A stretch of 64,000 nt of DNA from Octopus vulgaris (Eukaryota), in NCBI GenBank assembly GCA_951406725.2, contig OX597824.1, positions 20,088,001-20,152,000 on the forward strand, read 5' to 3'. The notes beneath the pieces are model-generated. The model did no database searches. It had not been told where the DNA came from and saw nothing but the letters and a program-made list of their open reading frames with translations. The position numbers were made by a program, and so were the translations under genes. Positions within the stretch are counted from its first letter, which is position 1. The number at the start of each line of letters is the position of its first letter. Of the stretch, positions 44,408 to 59,174 are shown in pieces.

Positions 44408-44497
44408 ATGCAGTACGATTGTTTCATGCGACTCCATTTAATTGAACAATGCAAATATTACATCAATTTTAAAATGTAGAGCAATCTTCAGCTGCAT
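44408..44497 (-). ncRNA. Type I hammerhead motif with long stem II
   Basis: Minus strand atgcag CUGAAGA ttgc-tc..cattt..aattga / tcaatt-aaatg-gag..gcat GAAA caatcgUA ctgcat; 6-bp stem I. Confidence 0.65.
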
Positions 44498-44605
44498 AAA
44501 AATATAGAATTTAGTTGAATTCAAAGGATTCATTTGTATAGTTATTCTATTAACCAAAATCACAAAGAGGATAAGTAGATCGACAAAGAACATGTTTCAT
44601 CAGCA

Positions 44606-44637
<32 letters not shown>

Positions 44638-45001
44638 ACACACACATACACATAGACAGGCATCTTTCAGTTTCCGTCTACCAAATCCACTCACAAGACT
44701 TTGGTCGGCCCGAGGCTATAGTTGCCACGCAGTGGGATTGAACCCGTAGCCATGTGGTTGGTAAGCAAGCTACTTACCACACAGCCACTTCTGGTATGTA
44801 TGTATATGTTTGTTCGTTATGTTTTTACCCCCCCACCACCACCACCACCATTGGTGGACAACCAATATATGGTGTGTTTACGTCCCGTAACTTAGCAGTT
44901 CGGCAAAGGTTACCAATAGAATAAGTATTTGTTCGACTAAAGGCGGTGCTCTAGCATGGCCACAGTCAAATGACTGAAACAAATAAAAGAATAAAAGAAA
45001 A

Positions 45002-45051
<50 letters not shown>

Positions 45052-45327
45052 ATATATATATATGTGTGTGTGTCTGTGTACATACACTCGCATGCGCACA
45101 CACGCTCGCACTCTCTCTCTCTCTCCCTCTCTCACAAACACACACACGTTTAATTCATATCTGGTTGTGGATTAAACGATTAGCAGAATATGAATTAAAC
45201 GTATAGAAATCGGAATACACATTTCAAATTGTTTGGTCTGAGTGGCTTCACTATGTTCTGTGGTATTCGTTACCATCGCGAATACACATTGACACAAACA
45301 CTCACAGACATACATACATTCATTCAA

Positions 45328-45374
<47 letters not shown>

Positions 45375-45475
45375 CACATAGTCTGAGGAGTCGAGAGATG
45401 AAACTGGCAGTGAGAAGAAGACGTATACTGATTTTACCAATTCTACTCTACACGCTGTATTGAGTTCTGTTATTT

Positions 45476-45543
<68 letters not shown>

Positions 45544-45862
45544 TGTATATATATATATACATATATATATATACATATATATATATATACATATATATAT
45601 GTATATATATATATATATATATATACATATATATATACATATATACATATACATATATATATATATGTATATATATGCATATATATATATACATATATAT
45701 ACATATGTATACATACCCACTCAAATAAGCGTATGTAAGTATATATATATTTATATATATATGTATGTGTATATATGTATATATAAGTATGTATACACGC
45801 ATATATATATATATATGTATCGACACATATATATATACTATATACATATGTATATATATATG

Positions 45863-45918
<56 letters not shown>

Positions 45919-46567
45919 GTATGTATGCATGTATGTATGTATGTATATGGCATGAATATACGCATACAGAAGGAATCGTGTGTACAAATGTTTGTGGTTT
46001 GTTCTGTTTCGTTCTATTCATTTATTTACTTATTTATTTATTTATTTATTTATTTTTGCCTTCTCTTTTCTCTCAAATGTAAAATTTTGGTTATTGTTTC
46101 AATAATTGTTTCCAGATGCTTTCTAGAAGGTCGGTCAAACACAACAAGAAGGACCCACGTTGCTGCTAACCTACATTCGCCATTTCTTTAGAATTTTAAA
46201 CTGACGCAATTTTTAAGGAATTTTAATCTTGCCCTGACATTCCCCCTCCTACCTACCTACCTACCTACCTACCGCACTGTATACCTTCCTTCCTCTCTTT
46301 CTTTCTTTGTCCTTTCTTCTTTCCTTTTTCTTTTCTTTTTATCATTTCCTTACTTCCTTCCTTCTTTTCTTTCTTCCTTCCTTCTTTAAAAACCATTCTT
46401 TCTTTGCATTTTTAAAGTCTCTTCTCTCTCTTACAATTTCTTTTCCTTATTCAACTCCCATAAGCTGTTTCCTCGCTCTTTTCCTCCTTCCTCCCTTCTT
46501 TCTCTCTATCCCTCTCTTCCTCCCCTTCCCTCTCTCTATCTTCCTCCCCTTCGCTTTCTTTCTCCTT

Positions 46568-46700
46568 CCCCTCCTCCCACACATCCTCTCTCTCTCTGTG
46601 AATGTTAAGTCGATGGTGGCTTATGTTACCTCCCCCCTTCACTCAGTCTCTTGTTTATGTCGCACACGTCACACTTTCATTATCACACTCTTCTTTTCTT
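46568..46700 (+). repeat. Dispersed repeat shared with 50845-50985
   Basis: cgatggtggcttatg(t/a)tacctccccccttcactcagtctcttgtt in both. Confidence 0.75.
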
Positions 46701-46874
46701 TCTTTCTTTCCTTCCTTCTTTCTTTCATTCATTCATTCTTTCTCTCTTTCTTTCTCAGTCACCTTTCTGTTTCTCTCTGCACCCTTGACCTTTATTCTCT
46801 CTTAATTTTGCTATTTCTTATGCGTATTATATATAATAGTGCGGCCCCAACATGGTCACCGCCTCTGGTTAAAG

Positions 46875-47305
<431 letters not shown>

Positions 47306-47411
47306 GGTAATGATTTTATATTCGGATATGCCCACCTTTTAGTATGCTGTTTAAAGCCTATCCGCAGTATTCGGTTACCTGATGTCAACAAAAGTATGAA
47401 GATCTATGCCT

Positions 47412-47603
47412 CTGCATTTACTTCAGGAATTTCTTTATGTACGTAGAGTTTATATAAAAAAAATTTTAAATGGGAAAAAGAAAATGGAATTCACGAGACT
47501 TAATTTCAGATAATAGTCTCGTGAATTCCATTTTCTTTTTCCCATTTAAAATTTTTTTTATATAAACTCTACGTACATAAAGAAATTCCTGAAGTAAATG
47601 CAG
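47412..47603. repeat. Perfect inverted repeat, 89-bp arms, 14-nt spacer
   Basis: 47412-47500 is the reverse complement of 47515-47603. Confidence 0.95.
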
Positions 47604-47705
47604 GTGGTGTAGACAACAAACAGATGTATTAGTTTAACGCTCGGGAAGGGAAAAAGTCTTTAACGTTTCGAGCCTACGCTCTTCCATAGAAAGGAACACA
47701 GAAAA
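47600..47705 (-). mobile_element. Short Penelope-type element with degenerate hammerhead motif
   Basis: aacgtttcgagcctacgctcttccatag; homologous to 20650-20745. Confidence 0.7.
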
Positions 47706-48639
47706 AATGTTTAGAAAGTATAAAAAAGTTACGATAAGTTCAAAAGGTTCAAAAGCTTCAGACATCGTGGTGTATTGGAGGGATTTTTCATCAACAGAGG
47801 AGTCCAGTGTAGTCCATGAGCAGGAGACGTGCAGCTGAAGTGTAGAAAATCCAGTAGAAGTTCGTGGGTGATAAGAGGAGACAGGTAGAATCCGTAATAT
47901 ATACGACGGGCTTCTTTCAATTTCCGTCTACCAAATCCACATCGAGATATTATATATTTACTCATAATTTTACGTTTGTATATTTCTACGTAAAAGAACA
48001 CCTAATAAGGGTTATTTCATAAATTCATAAATCTGTTTTCCTTAAAATACATAAGAATATGTTCCTCTCCAAATATCACGACTACAATACATTATAACAC
48101 CCACTGATGCCGTTCTTTCGAATTTTTAAAGTTGCCAAGCGCACTCATAACATTTCACACATCTTTATTATATTTCTATAAGAATACTTTCAATAAACTA
48201 TAATAAATAACTGCAAGCACAGACGTGGAGAAATTTTATTAGCAATTAGCAAGATAACGTGTATAGTAGTGTTCATCAACATTAAGTAAAGTATTTCTCA
48301 CACTGTTCATATTATAAATATAAATTATTAAAAATAAGAAATTAAGAATATTGATTGGGCTAAAAAGTATATAACATCTCGTAGAACAAACCTAGACTTT
48401 TGGAACTAAAACAAATTAATAGTTCTGTTGTTTGGACTACGTTTCTACTGCCACTGCGCTTCTAAACAACATCTGTCAAAGTTAATTAGTTTTAATTTAA
48501 TAATATTTAAAGATTTATGGGGATATACTTGCATGACAAGTGTTTTGTGGTCTGAGACCGTGTGCTGAAACTAAAACGATTGTAGCATGAAAGACATATT
48601 AATCTTTGCTGATTAATCTGTTTAATACGGTGATACAAT

Positions 48640-49618
48640 AAATTTTCGGAATTGCAACAGGTATTCGTCGAAATGAAGGCACTTATTGAAAATTTCAGAT
48701 TTCGTAATTGAATATTTCCTAGACTATTGGTGTTTTTTAATGTGAAGCTTTTTCGGCTTTGCGTAAATTGTGTCCTTTTTTTTTTATCCTTGATATATGG
48801 TCTACTTCACTTTATGATCTTCCATTTAAAATCAAAATCAGTGCTATGTTCTTTTAAGTGTTGGATGTAGTTTGACAAATTCCCTGTATTCGACACATTT
48901 GAAAAACAACGTATCATTATAGTAGCGTTGTTTGAACTTACACTCTGCCCTTCCTATGCGCCCATGTCCTATCGTTCCGTTAATGTTTGGCAGAGGATAC
49001 CCTCTTCACTCCAGCATTACAATGATTGACACAGAGGGAACGCATCAGTTTTTCTGCTTGTGCCTCCTACTTCGTGTAATATTGTTGGTTTATAAATGGT
49101 CTCCAAACTAGTGGTACAACTGTAACTAACATTAACATAGATTCTATTGAAGTAGTTCTTCTTACAATGAAGAATTGAGAAAAGCTTATATATTAGAATT
49201 AAGAGATTTGGAGATATATTAGTTTTAGCCTTTAAGGTACAATATGGTTTGAACCATATAATATTGCGAGGTCTACACTTACGATAGTATGGTGAGAAAT
49301 TTGAGATGTAAGTAATCTTATTCTTGAAACTGTTGATTGTCAAAACATTGTAATGAAAGAGAACCTTATTGTAGAAGTCTTTTAGTTGAAGAGATCTTGG
49401 TGATTTTTGTACTGATATTTACTAATTTCTTAGATTAGCAATTAGATATTACTAGTTTCTTAAAAAAACTATGAGCAGACGACAAGAGACTTTCTTAATA
49501 TCTGTGAATTTCTCGTTTAGTTTCCTGTGCAGTTTGTATTTGTCTGCGCGTAAGTTGAAAGTGACATCTAGAATTTTACTATAATATGATAAATGATTAT
49601 AGTTAAATTTGACTAAGT
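48640..49618 (-). pseudogene. Decayed Penelope-like element (RT C-terminus, linker, GIY-YIG endonuclease region)
   Basis: ILDVTFNL...YK..RK.N; RNIIWFKP...TNI...FNR..VNVSYSCT; further 3' KFKQRY and LSNYIQHLKE...FKWKII, with stops and frameshifts. Confidence 0.78.
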
Positions 49619-49715
49619 ATTTTAGACGAGGCTGTGTGGCAAGAAGCTCGCTTCCCAACCACGAGGTACCAGGTTTAGTCCCACTGCGTGGCACCTTGGG
49701 CAAGTGTATACACAC

Positions 49716-49771
<56 letters not shown>

Positions 49772-50031
49772 GTGTGTGTGTGTGTGAGTGCCTTTATGTC
49801 TGTGTTTGTCAGCACAGAATAACTGTTCGGCTAACAGCAACATTCGTCCTTATCAGGACTGCCACGTTATGTTGGCAAATAATCTTTACACTGAAGTACT
49901 GTTACTGAATGTCTCTCATGGAGAGATTTAGAAATAATAATTTTCTATGTTTTAGAAATATAACCAATTTATTGCAGATAAATTCTAACAAAACCTTATA
50001 TCGACCCCGGCTGAAAACCATTGCTGTAGAC

Positions 50032-50575
50032 CAAGAGTTCTCAACCATTCTTTATCTATGGACCCGTTCGATTACTCTTTTATTCTGGTGGACCCTCATA
50101 TTCATTCAATGTTTCAAAACTAGTTTTATAGGTACTTCTTTCTGAATTCCCAATTTTGTTTTTCCCAGATTAACTTGTGTAGGATGATCGATGTAAAATA
50201 TTAGAGAAAGACACCTAGCTGGGGTTCTCAACCATTTTTTAAAAATTATGGACCCCTTTGGTTACTATTTCATTTTGGTGGACCCTCAAAGTCATTTGAT
50301 GTTTAAAAACTAGTTTTATAGAAACTCCTTTTAAAATTCCGTTTTTTTGGGGTTTTTTTTTGCCCCAAATTAACTTGTGTAGGTTGAGCGATGTAAAATG
50401 TTAGAGAAATAAACCCGTTTCTTGCAATACATACCAATATATACATCTAAAGTGAAATTTTTTCAGGGACTCTTAAAACACTACTGTGGATTCCCAATTT
50501 ACAATTTTGTTGTGTGGACCCCAAAAGTCTTATATGGACCTCAGGGGCCATACGGATCCCCGGTGAGAACCACTG
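50032..50575. mobile_element. hAT-like MITE with internal ~190-bp tandem duplication
   Basis: Ends caagagttctcaacc / ggtgagaaccactg; second ctggggttctcaacc at ~50219 starts a duplicated segment. Confidence 0.65.
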
Positions 50576-51232
50576 CCCTACACAATAAATGTTATTTTCT
50601 TTCATTTCTCTTTTTAATCTTTTATTGGTTTCAATCATTGTACAGCAGCCAGGATGGCGCACGGCCTTCAAGGATTTTGTCGAGGCTATTCCTTTCAAGT
50701 TTGATACCTGTTCTATCGTTCATTTTGTCGAACCGCTAAGTGACAGGGATGTAAACAAGCCAACATCGGTTTTCAGGTGATGGTAGCTGACAAACATCAT
50801 GCAAACACAAAGGCACGCACGCACACACACATATCATATCTTTCTCCTTCCCCTCCTCCCTCACATCCTCTCTCTATGTGAGTGTTGGGGCGATGGTGGC
50901 TTATGATACCTCCCCCCTTCACTCAGTCTCTTGTTCATTTTGCACACGTTACACTTCCAATATAACGCTCTTCTTTTCTTTCTTACTTTTTTCTTTTTAT
51001 CCTCCATTTCCTTCTTCCTTCCTTTCTTTCTTTCTTTCTCTCTTTCTTCCTTTCTTTCTTTATTACTTCTCTACACCCCTGACCTTTCTCTCTCTCTTTC
51101 TCTTTCTCGCTCTCCCTCTCTCTCTCTCTCCTTCTCTCTCTCCCCTCTCTCTCTATCTCTCCTTCTCTCTCTCTCCTTCTCTCTCTCTCCTTCTCTCTCT
51201 CTCTCTCTCTCCCTCTCTTTCTCTCTCCTGCT

Positions 51233-51345
51233 CTTGTTTTCGTAGATAAATGCATCTACATTAAATTTTTTCGCTGACTTAAAAGTGTGAAATATTATAA
51301 TAAGCATACACAACTGATACAGGACAGGCGTTTTCCAAATAAATA
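51233..51345 (+). repeat. Dispersed repeat shared with 53351-53450
   Basis: ttgttttcgtagataaatgcatctacattaaattttttc...aaaagtgtgaaatatt in both. Confidence 0.8.
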
Positions 51346-51371
51346 CGTGTGTGTATGTATGTGTGTGTATA

Positions 51372-51626
51372 CAGGGTTGGCCAAAAGTCACATGACAGTA
51401 AATCAAACCCATTTAATTCCAAGATTTATTTCTGCTTAACAACTGAATGGGACTTCGCTATTAAATAGACAAATGCTGCAAAAAAATTTTTTTTAAATAA
51501 AGGAAAATGGCGATTTTAACTCACAGCATTCAATTATTAAACATTTATAATTAGAATGAATAAATTTAAATGGAATATTAAGTACTTATGGAACTTTAAT
51601 TTATTGTCGGGTGACTTTTGGCCAAT

Positions 51627-51632
<6 letters not shown>
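51372..51632. mobile_element. Tc1/mariner-type MITE
   Basis: ta|cagggttggccaaaagtcac ... gtgacttttggccaattttctg. Confidence 0.75.
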
Positions 51633-51692
<60 letters not shown>

Positions 51693-52021
51693 TGTGCGTG
51701 TGTGTATTTCTGTTTGTCCACCTTAATATTGTAAAGTCTGATACTTATTTTATCGGTCTCCTTTGCCGAACAGCCAAGTACTAAAATCGATTCTTTCGAC
51801 TAAATCGCTTCTAGACCGTGCTCCAGCATGGCCACAGTCCAATGACTCAAAACAAATAAAGCATGAAAGATGTATGTATAGAAGTACATATATATATATA
51901 CATACATACACACACGCACGTGCTTGTGTGTGCGTGTGTTGCTGTGTGTGTGTGTGTATTTGTGTGTGTATGTTGCTCTGTGTGTGTGTTGCTGTGTGTG
52001 TGCGCGCGTTTTGCTGGATGT

Positions 52022-52062
<41 letters not shown>

Positions 52063-52415
52063 TGTGTGTATTTCAAACAGAGTTTTGCAGACATCTACTG
52101 ATGCACATACTTAGACATATCTCCGTTGTATCCTGGGGTCAATGGACGTTTCTTGCCTTGCAACATACACCCTCCTCAGCCGACCCAACTACAGTTCATT
52201 AAGCCATGGCCTGAGTCCTACTGGCATTTTACTGACCTCAACGATCACCCCTTTTAGCCAGAGCCATATCATATATTATAATATAGATTAATTGTATACA
52301 TAATATACATATTATATATATTATATATGTATGTGTATACATACATACATATGTGTGCTTGTGTATCTAAAGTATACTCAGTAACCAGTCACGTATGCAC
52401 TCCACAGAGTACTCT

Positions 52416-52471
<56 letters not shown>

Positions 52472-52502
52472 CACACAGGCATATACATATACAGACAGAT
52501 GA

Positions 52503-52633
<131 letters not shown>

Positions 52634-52871
52634 TATAGATAGATAGATAGACAGATAGATAGACAGACAATGAAATAATATGGGTGTTTATATGTGTGTG
52701 AATGTAGTCATATACTACGAAACACACACATATAAATATACACAGACACACAGACACACACAAACACACACACATATTTATGAAGATATTTGTATATATG
52801 TACATATGTTCAAATCTTATACGTATCTCATAGACAGACAGATAGACAGACAGATAGATAGATAGACAGAC

Positions 52872-53017
<146 letters not shown>

Positions 53018-54275
53018 GTGGGGTTAGCAACAATGGCGGGTGTTAAATAGCGGCCGCCATTCTTTTACATATATTACTGTAGAGCGGTGAGTAATTTGCA
53101 TATCCAAACAAACAGACAGATATACGTAGATGCACAATGATACGGAGAAATATCTTCCTTGTGGTCAATAAGCCAGAGATATTGCTCCCCACAAAATTAT
53201 AGCGTAGGGAAGGAGGCATATATTCCATTGCGTGAATGAACCACCTCTACATAAAATTTGTCATACGACAGTGATACAATGAAATCTTACGGCTGATAAA
53301 CTATGTCGAGTTTTATATATGTGTACATACGTAATCGAGTAACAATGGCATTTTGTTTTCGTAGATAAATGCATCTACATTAAATTTTTTCACTGATTTT
53401 AAAAGTGTGAAATATTGTAATAAGCATAAACACGCGTTTTCCAAATAAACAGCCAATTGCTAGCTGTACGTAAACCAATAAGCTTCCCTATTGCTGTATA
53501 TATATGTTTATATAACTGGCAGTTGGTAGTGTATGTGGACATGAATGTCCTGTATTAGATGTCGTTTATTTTATATAATTCCGAACCCTCCCTCTTCTCG
53601 AGTAACACTTTAGAAAAATCAATAAATTTCTCACTTCACTTTCGTATATTTGCATGCAGAGTTGGCTATTGAATATAAACCAGACGATAGCTGTCAGATA
53701 GCTTCGTGCTTAGTATCCCCGCCCTTCGTTGTTGCCTTCTCTTTACAAAAATCCGTGCGGTCCAGAGGCGAGGTAGTAAAAGTCCTTTGCGCGCATGTAT
53801 GCGTGCGTGCATGCGTGTATTTGTAGATGTGCGTGCGAGAGAGAAAGAGAGACAGAGAGAGCTGAAATTCTAAAACTGATTTAATCACCTCCATAGCTTA
53901 TAACGACAACAGCGACTGAAACCGTTGCCTAGTTCTTATGTACGAAAATTAAATGTTTAAGAATTTTAATTTTCTATTTTAATTTTCTGTTTTTCTTCTA
54001 AAATTCCTAGTTTTTCCAAGTTTCGTTTTAGCTTTTTGTATATTCATTTCTTTCTCTTTATTCGCTTTTCAAGTTTTATATTTTCCTGACAACCTAAGCA
54101 AGAAGAAAAAGATGAAAAGCACACAGAAAGAAGAATTCAGAACGCTAGAGAAGAAATTTATACGACAGAACCATACATACATACATACATACATACATAC
54201 ATACATACATACATACATACATACATACATACATACATGAATACACACATACATATATACATACATAATTATAAA

Positions 54276-54338
<63 letters not shown>

Positions 54339-54355
54339 ATATATCCATCTATCTA

Positions 54356-54388
<33 letters not shown>

Positions 54389-54453
54389 GTGTGTATATAT
54401 ATATATGTATGTATATATGTATATATATATATATGTATATGTATGTATATATG

Positions 54454-54521
<68 letters not shown>

Positions 54522-54564
54522 TATGTACATGTATATATATATGTATATGTATGTAATGTACATG

Positions 54565-54603
<39 letters not shown>

Positions 54604-54604
54604 G

Positions 54605-54663
<59 letters not shown>

Positions 54664-55429
54664 ATATATATATATATATACACGCTACAGAACTAGCCTG
54701 CTTCCTTGGAGACTGTCTTAATAATCACCGCCACAAATATGAAGAACGTGATTTGACTGAAACGATCAATGACTGACTCGCCTCTTCTTCTAAATTCCAT
54801 ATTGGTCAAATGAGATTCTAGGAAACCCATAGAATAAAGTTTGATGAAAGCCACTACACATTTACATATCTGTGTTCCTGCTTCGTTTACCCTCGCCACC
54901 ACCACCACCACCACCACCACCCTCAGCCGCACCCCTGGTCCGCTTCCCTCCTTCTCCTCCCCTTCCCCCCACTAAGGGATTCGTTATTCTTATGTAAGGA
55001 ATTATTACCAGGTTTGTTTTGCTTTTGTGTGTGTGAGGTCAAGAGGTCAGGCGAAGCATACGAAGAATTAAGTCGACGTCCCAGTTTCGATTTCTGGAGT
55101 GGTGGTTTTTTTGTTGTTGTTTAGTTGTGGGTTTTTTTCGTCTGTTTTATTTTTTATTTTTTATTTCTTTGCCCATTTAGACATTATCTCGTCGCCAACA
55201 TTAACAAAAGGGGGAATGAAATGAAACGTCACACAGTATTATCCCCTTGTTTCCCCACCGCCGCCGCCGCCGCCGCCGCCACCACCATCAGCGCCACATT
55301 CCCATCGTCCCTCTTTTTTTCTTGAATCTCAAAAATCGATAATGATTCCTGAGATTGGCGCAAGAGTACACACAGGGTGTGGTCAATTCTATCGATCCAT
55401 GACGTTCCACTCATGTTGCTCTTGTTATT

Positions 55430-56160
55430 ATGGTGGTGGTGCTGCTGATAGTTGTGGTGGTAGTGGTGGTGGTAGTGGTGGTGGTGGTGGTGGTGGTAGT
55501 GGTGATGGTGTTTGTGGTTGTGGTCATATTGTCATTGTTGTAGTGGTGGTGGTGGTGGTGGTGGTGATGATGATGGTGGTGGTGGTGGTGGTGATGGTGG
55601 TGGTGATGGTGGTGGTGATGGTGGTGATGGCGGTGGTGATGATGATGGTGATGGTGGTGGTGGTGGTGGTGGTGGCGATGGTGATGGTGGTGATGGTGAT
55701 TGTGTGGTGGTGGTGGTGGTGGTGGTGGTGGTGGTGGTGGTGGTTGTGTGGTGGTGGTGGTGGTGATGGTGATGGTGGTGATGGTGATTGTGGTGGTGGT
55801 GGTGGTGATGGTGATGGTGTTTGTGGTTGTGGTCATATTGTCATTGTTGTAGTGGTGGTGGTGGTGGAGATGGTGGTGATGATGATGGTGGTGGTGGTGG
55901 TGGCGATGGTGATGGTGGTGATGGTGGTGGTGATGGTGATGGTGGTGGTGGTGGTGGTGGTGGTGGTGGTTGTCATATTGCCGTTGCTGCTGCTGTTGTT
56001 GTTGTTGTTGTTCTTGTGGTGGTGGTGGTGGTGGTGGTGGTGATGGTGTCGGTGGTTGTGGTCATATTGTCCTTGTTGTTGCTGTTGTTGTTGATGTTGT
56101 AGTGGTGGTGGCGGTGGCGGTGGCGGTGGTGGCGGTGGCGGTGGCGGTGGTGGTCATGGT
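55430..56160. repeat. (GGT)n/(GAT)n/(GTT)n low-complexity tract with higher-order repeats
   Basis: ggttgtggtcatattgtc-like motif recurs about four times. Confidence 0.9.
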
Positions 56161-56605
56161 TTTTTTTTATTGCCGTTGTTATTGCGGTCGTGTCGCTAAT
56201 GTTTAACACGAAGTCACAACAGATCGAGCAAACTTTTATGGCCAAAGACATTGCGGAGGCGACGGGGGTGGGATTAAGATATCCTTAATATCATCGCTTC
56301 GGCGTTGGGTAACTATAATAACGAACTACATTTTCTGCTATAGTCAGTTGTGCCAGGTCACCGGTTTAAGAATAGTTTCTTCCATTCTTCTCAGGAGTCC
56401 AGATAAAAACGAGGGGCTATGAGAGCTGCCCTTCCATCTTGGAGTAAACGGTGAAAAAATTTTTTTAAAAACCTGACGAATCTCACAGACTTCAATATAT
56501 AATCTTTACTGACGTACGTTAGTGCTGGTTTCCGATTTGGTGTTACATATTAAAAGAAGAGATAAATATCAGTTATATATGATGGACGTAATCGCCAAAG
56601 TATAA

Positions 56606-56996
56606 TCTATATATATAAAGCTGAAGTTGTCTGTGTGTATGGCAGGTTTGGTAGCCTTCAACTAACACTATCTCCTCCGAGACCCTGCGGCGCAAGGTGA
56701 CCAAAATTGAGAGTATGATAGAAGAAGGCTTGCTCTTCCTTCCGTAGAAGAAAAAATTCAAATTGGACCATGCTAACACCAAAAATTATTTACATCAAAA
56801 AGACGCTTTTTTTTCTAAGAAAATCCCTATTTTGTACGATTTTTTGACTACTGTGTCACCATTTTTCGGTGTATTTCAACCAGAAAAAATGTTCACTTAA
56901 TAACAAGCTCGTACATAATGCAAAATTTTTATTTTTCAAAAGTTCCAATTCTAAAGGGTCGAAAGAAACCCGAGCAACGCCGGGCGATACTGCTAG
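56606..56996 (+). mobile_element. Non-autonomous Helitron (391 bp)
   Basis: a|TC start, subterminal hairpin cccgagcaacgccggg (56969-56984), CTAG|t end, A-T insertion site, no TSD. Confidence 0.82.
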
Positions 56997-57123
56997 TATT
57001 CAATGAATATTCAATATTCAATATCATCATCATCATCATCTTCATCATCATCATCCTCATCATCATCATTATCCTCACCATCGCTATTATTATTATTATA
57101 ATCATTATTATTATTATTATTAA

Positions 57124-57176
<53 letters not shown>

Positions 57177-57177
<1 letters not shown>

Positions 57178-57375
57178 GGCAGCGATCTGGTGGAACCGTT
57201 AGCTTAGCGGCATTTCGTCCGTCTTTATGTTCTAAGTTCAAAACCCTCCGAGGTCGACTTTGCCTTTCATCTTTTCGGGGTCGATAAATTAAGTACCAGT
57301 TGAATACTGGGGTCGATGTAATCGACTTACTCCCTCCCCCAAATTTCCGGCATTCCGCCTTTAATAGAAAGGATT
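57177..57375 (+). mobile_element. SINE family B, alternative tail, next to (ATT)n
   Basis: gaggtcgactttgcctttcatc...ggggtcgatgtaatcgactt...tagaaaggatt. Confidence 0.8.
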
Positions 57376-57394
57376 TTTATTACTATCATTTTCA

Positions 57395-58828
57395 TTAGCA
57401 TCTTTCAATTCTGTTTCTATTTCTTGCCGAGTGTCTTCCTAACACCTAGGGCAGAGAAACATACCGTATACATCGGTAGGCTATTAAAATAAACACGCCA
57501 CATTGTTCATTTACAAAGTCATGTGATCGAGAAAAAGAGGAAGACAGAGAGAAAAAGGAAAAAAATGAAAAAATAAACAAAGAAAATAAAGGGGGAGAAA
57601 AGGAAAGAAAATTAACAGCGACAATGCTCTTCTTAATACGCGTGAGATACCAGTTAAGACAATCTTTTGCACTCCCTGCATGGATGGTAAGCCAGGAATC
57701 ATACTTAGATAATTTTCAGTTCCTTTTTTGATCACTCCAAGCGCTCCTACAATCACTGGTATTGCAAACGTCTTGAGATGCCACACCTTTTCGATTTCGA
57801 TTAGCAGATCTTTATATTTTCTGAGCTTATCAAATTCTTTTGCCGAGATATTATGATCACAGGGTATGCTCATGTCAGTCAATAAGAAGACTTTATAGTT
57901 TTGGTCTTTCATAACAATATCTGGTTTATTTGCCTTGATGATCCAGTCTGTACATACTGGGAAGTCCCAAAGAATCGTTACATTTTCTCCCTCAGTTACA
58001 GCCTCAGGGTGGTGCTTGTACCATTTGTCAGCAGTTTTGATTTTATAATGCTGACACATTATCCAATGTAGATATTGGCCAACTCTGTCATGTCTTGATT
58101 TGTACTCTACAGGTGCCAAAACTTTACATTCAGAGATTAGGTGGTCCACTGTTTCTATCCTATCGTTGGAGTATCGGCACTTTGAGTCTATACCATTTTT
58201 CATCTCATTGGCTTGATAGTTCCGGGTCAATAAGCTCTGATCTTGGGCAGCCAAGATAAAGCCTTCACTCTCTGCCTTTAGCCCTGAGCTCCGTAGCCAC
58301 TGATGGGTGTGCTTCTGGTCTACATCAGCTTGTTTGCTACGGGCCACATATTTGCCATGCAGAGGTTTTTGTTCCCACCTATCAGCCAATTGTTCAAACG
58401 CATTTTGCTTTGCTATTGATTTCACCTTCTTTGCAACTACAGTTGCTGCACTTCCATCATGCTGTTCAACCTGGGTATTATGCATAAACTCACTTGAAAA
58501 TATTTTGCTCTCCTTCATAACAGAATGAAGCTTCTTACGTCTTTCATGGTTTTCAACGAGCTTTAGCATCCATGTCATTAGATGCTTCAAGATATTTTGC
58601 CAGCTCAATTGTGGTGGTTTTTGTAGGAGATTCCAAATAGGATCAAGCCTCGACCTCCTTGAGCTCTGGGTAGATAAAGACGATCTGCATTTCTCTTTGA
58701 GGGGGTGCATCTTATTGCAAGTCAGCAGCTTACGGATTTTCCTGTCAACCTTATTTATTTCGCTCATATTCCAGTTCAACACATTCAAACTGTAAATAAC
58801 AACCGGAACTGCTAAGGAATTTATAGTT
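57395..58828 (-). mobile_element. 5'-truncated R4/Dong-like RLE non-LTR retrotransposon
   Basis: INSLAVPVVIYS, AAQDQSLLTRNY, degenerate CCHC knuckle (CRYS..ETVDHLISEC), RHD, WDFP, KPDIV, K..KY.DL; DRLYLPRAQGGRGLI lies in another frame (compensated frameshift); abuts an (ATT)n array. Confidence 0.88.
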
Positions 58829-58925
58829 ATTATTACTATTATCATCATCACCACCATCATCATTATCATCATCATCATCATCATCATTATTAATATCATT
58901 ACTACTATTACTATTATTATTGTTA

Positions 58926-58987
<62 letters not shown>

Positions 58988-59107
58988 ATTATTATTATTG
59001 TTGTTATTATTATTATTATTGTTGTTGTTGTTGTTGTTGTTGTTATTATTATTATTATTATATTGTTATTATTATTATTATATATAATATTATTATTATT
59101 ATATATA

Positions 59108-59174
<67 letters not shown>

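Noticed and set aside
45381-45415. Active hammerhead ctgagga-gtc-gaga-gat-gaaactggcagtg
   Set aside because: Triplet is GUG and stem I is absent; counted only as a degenerate relic.
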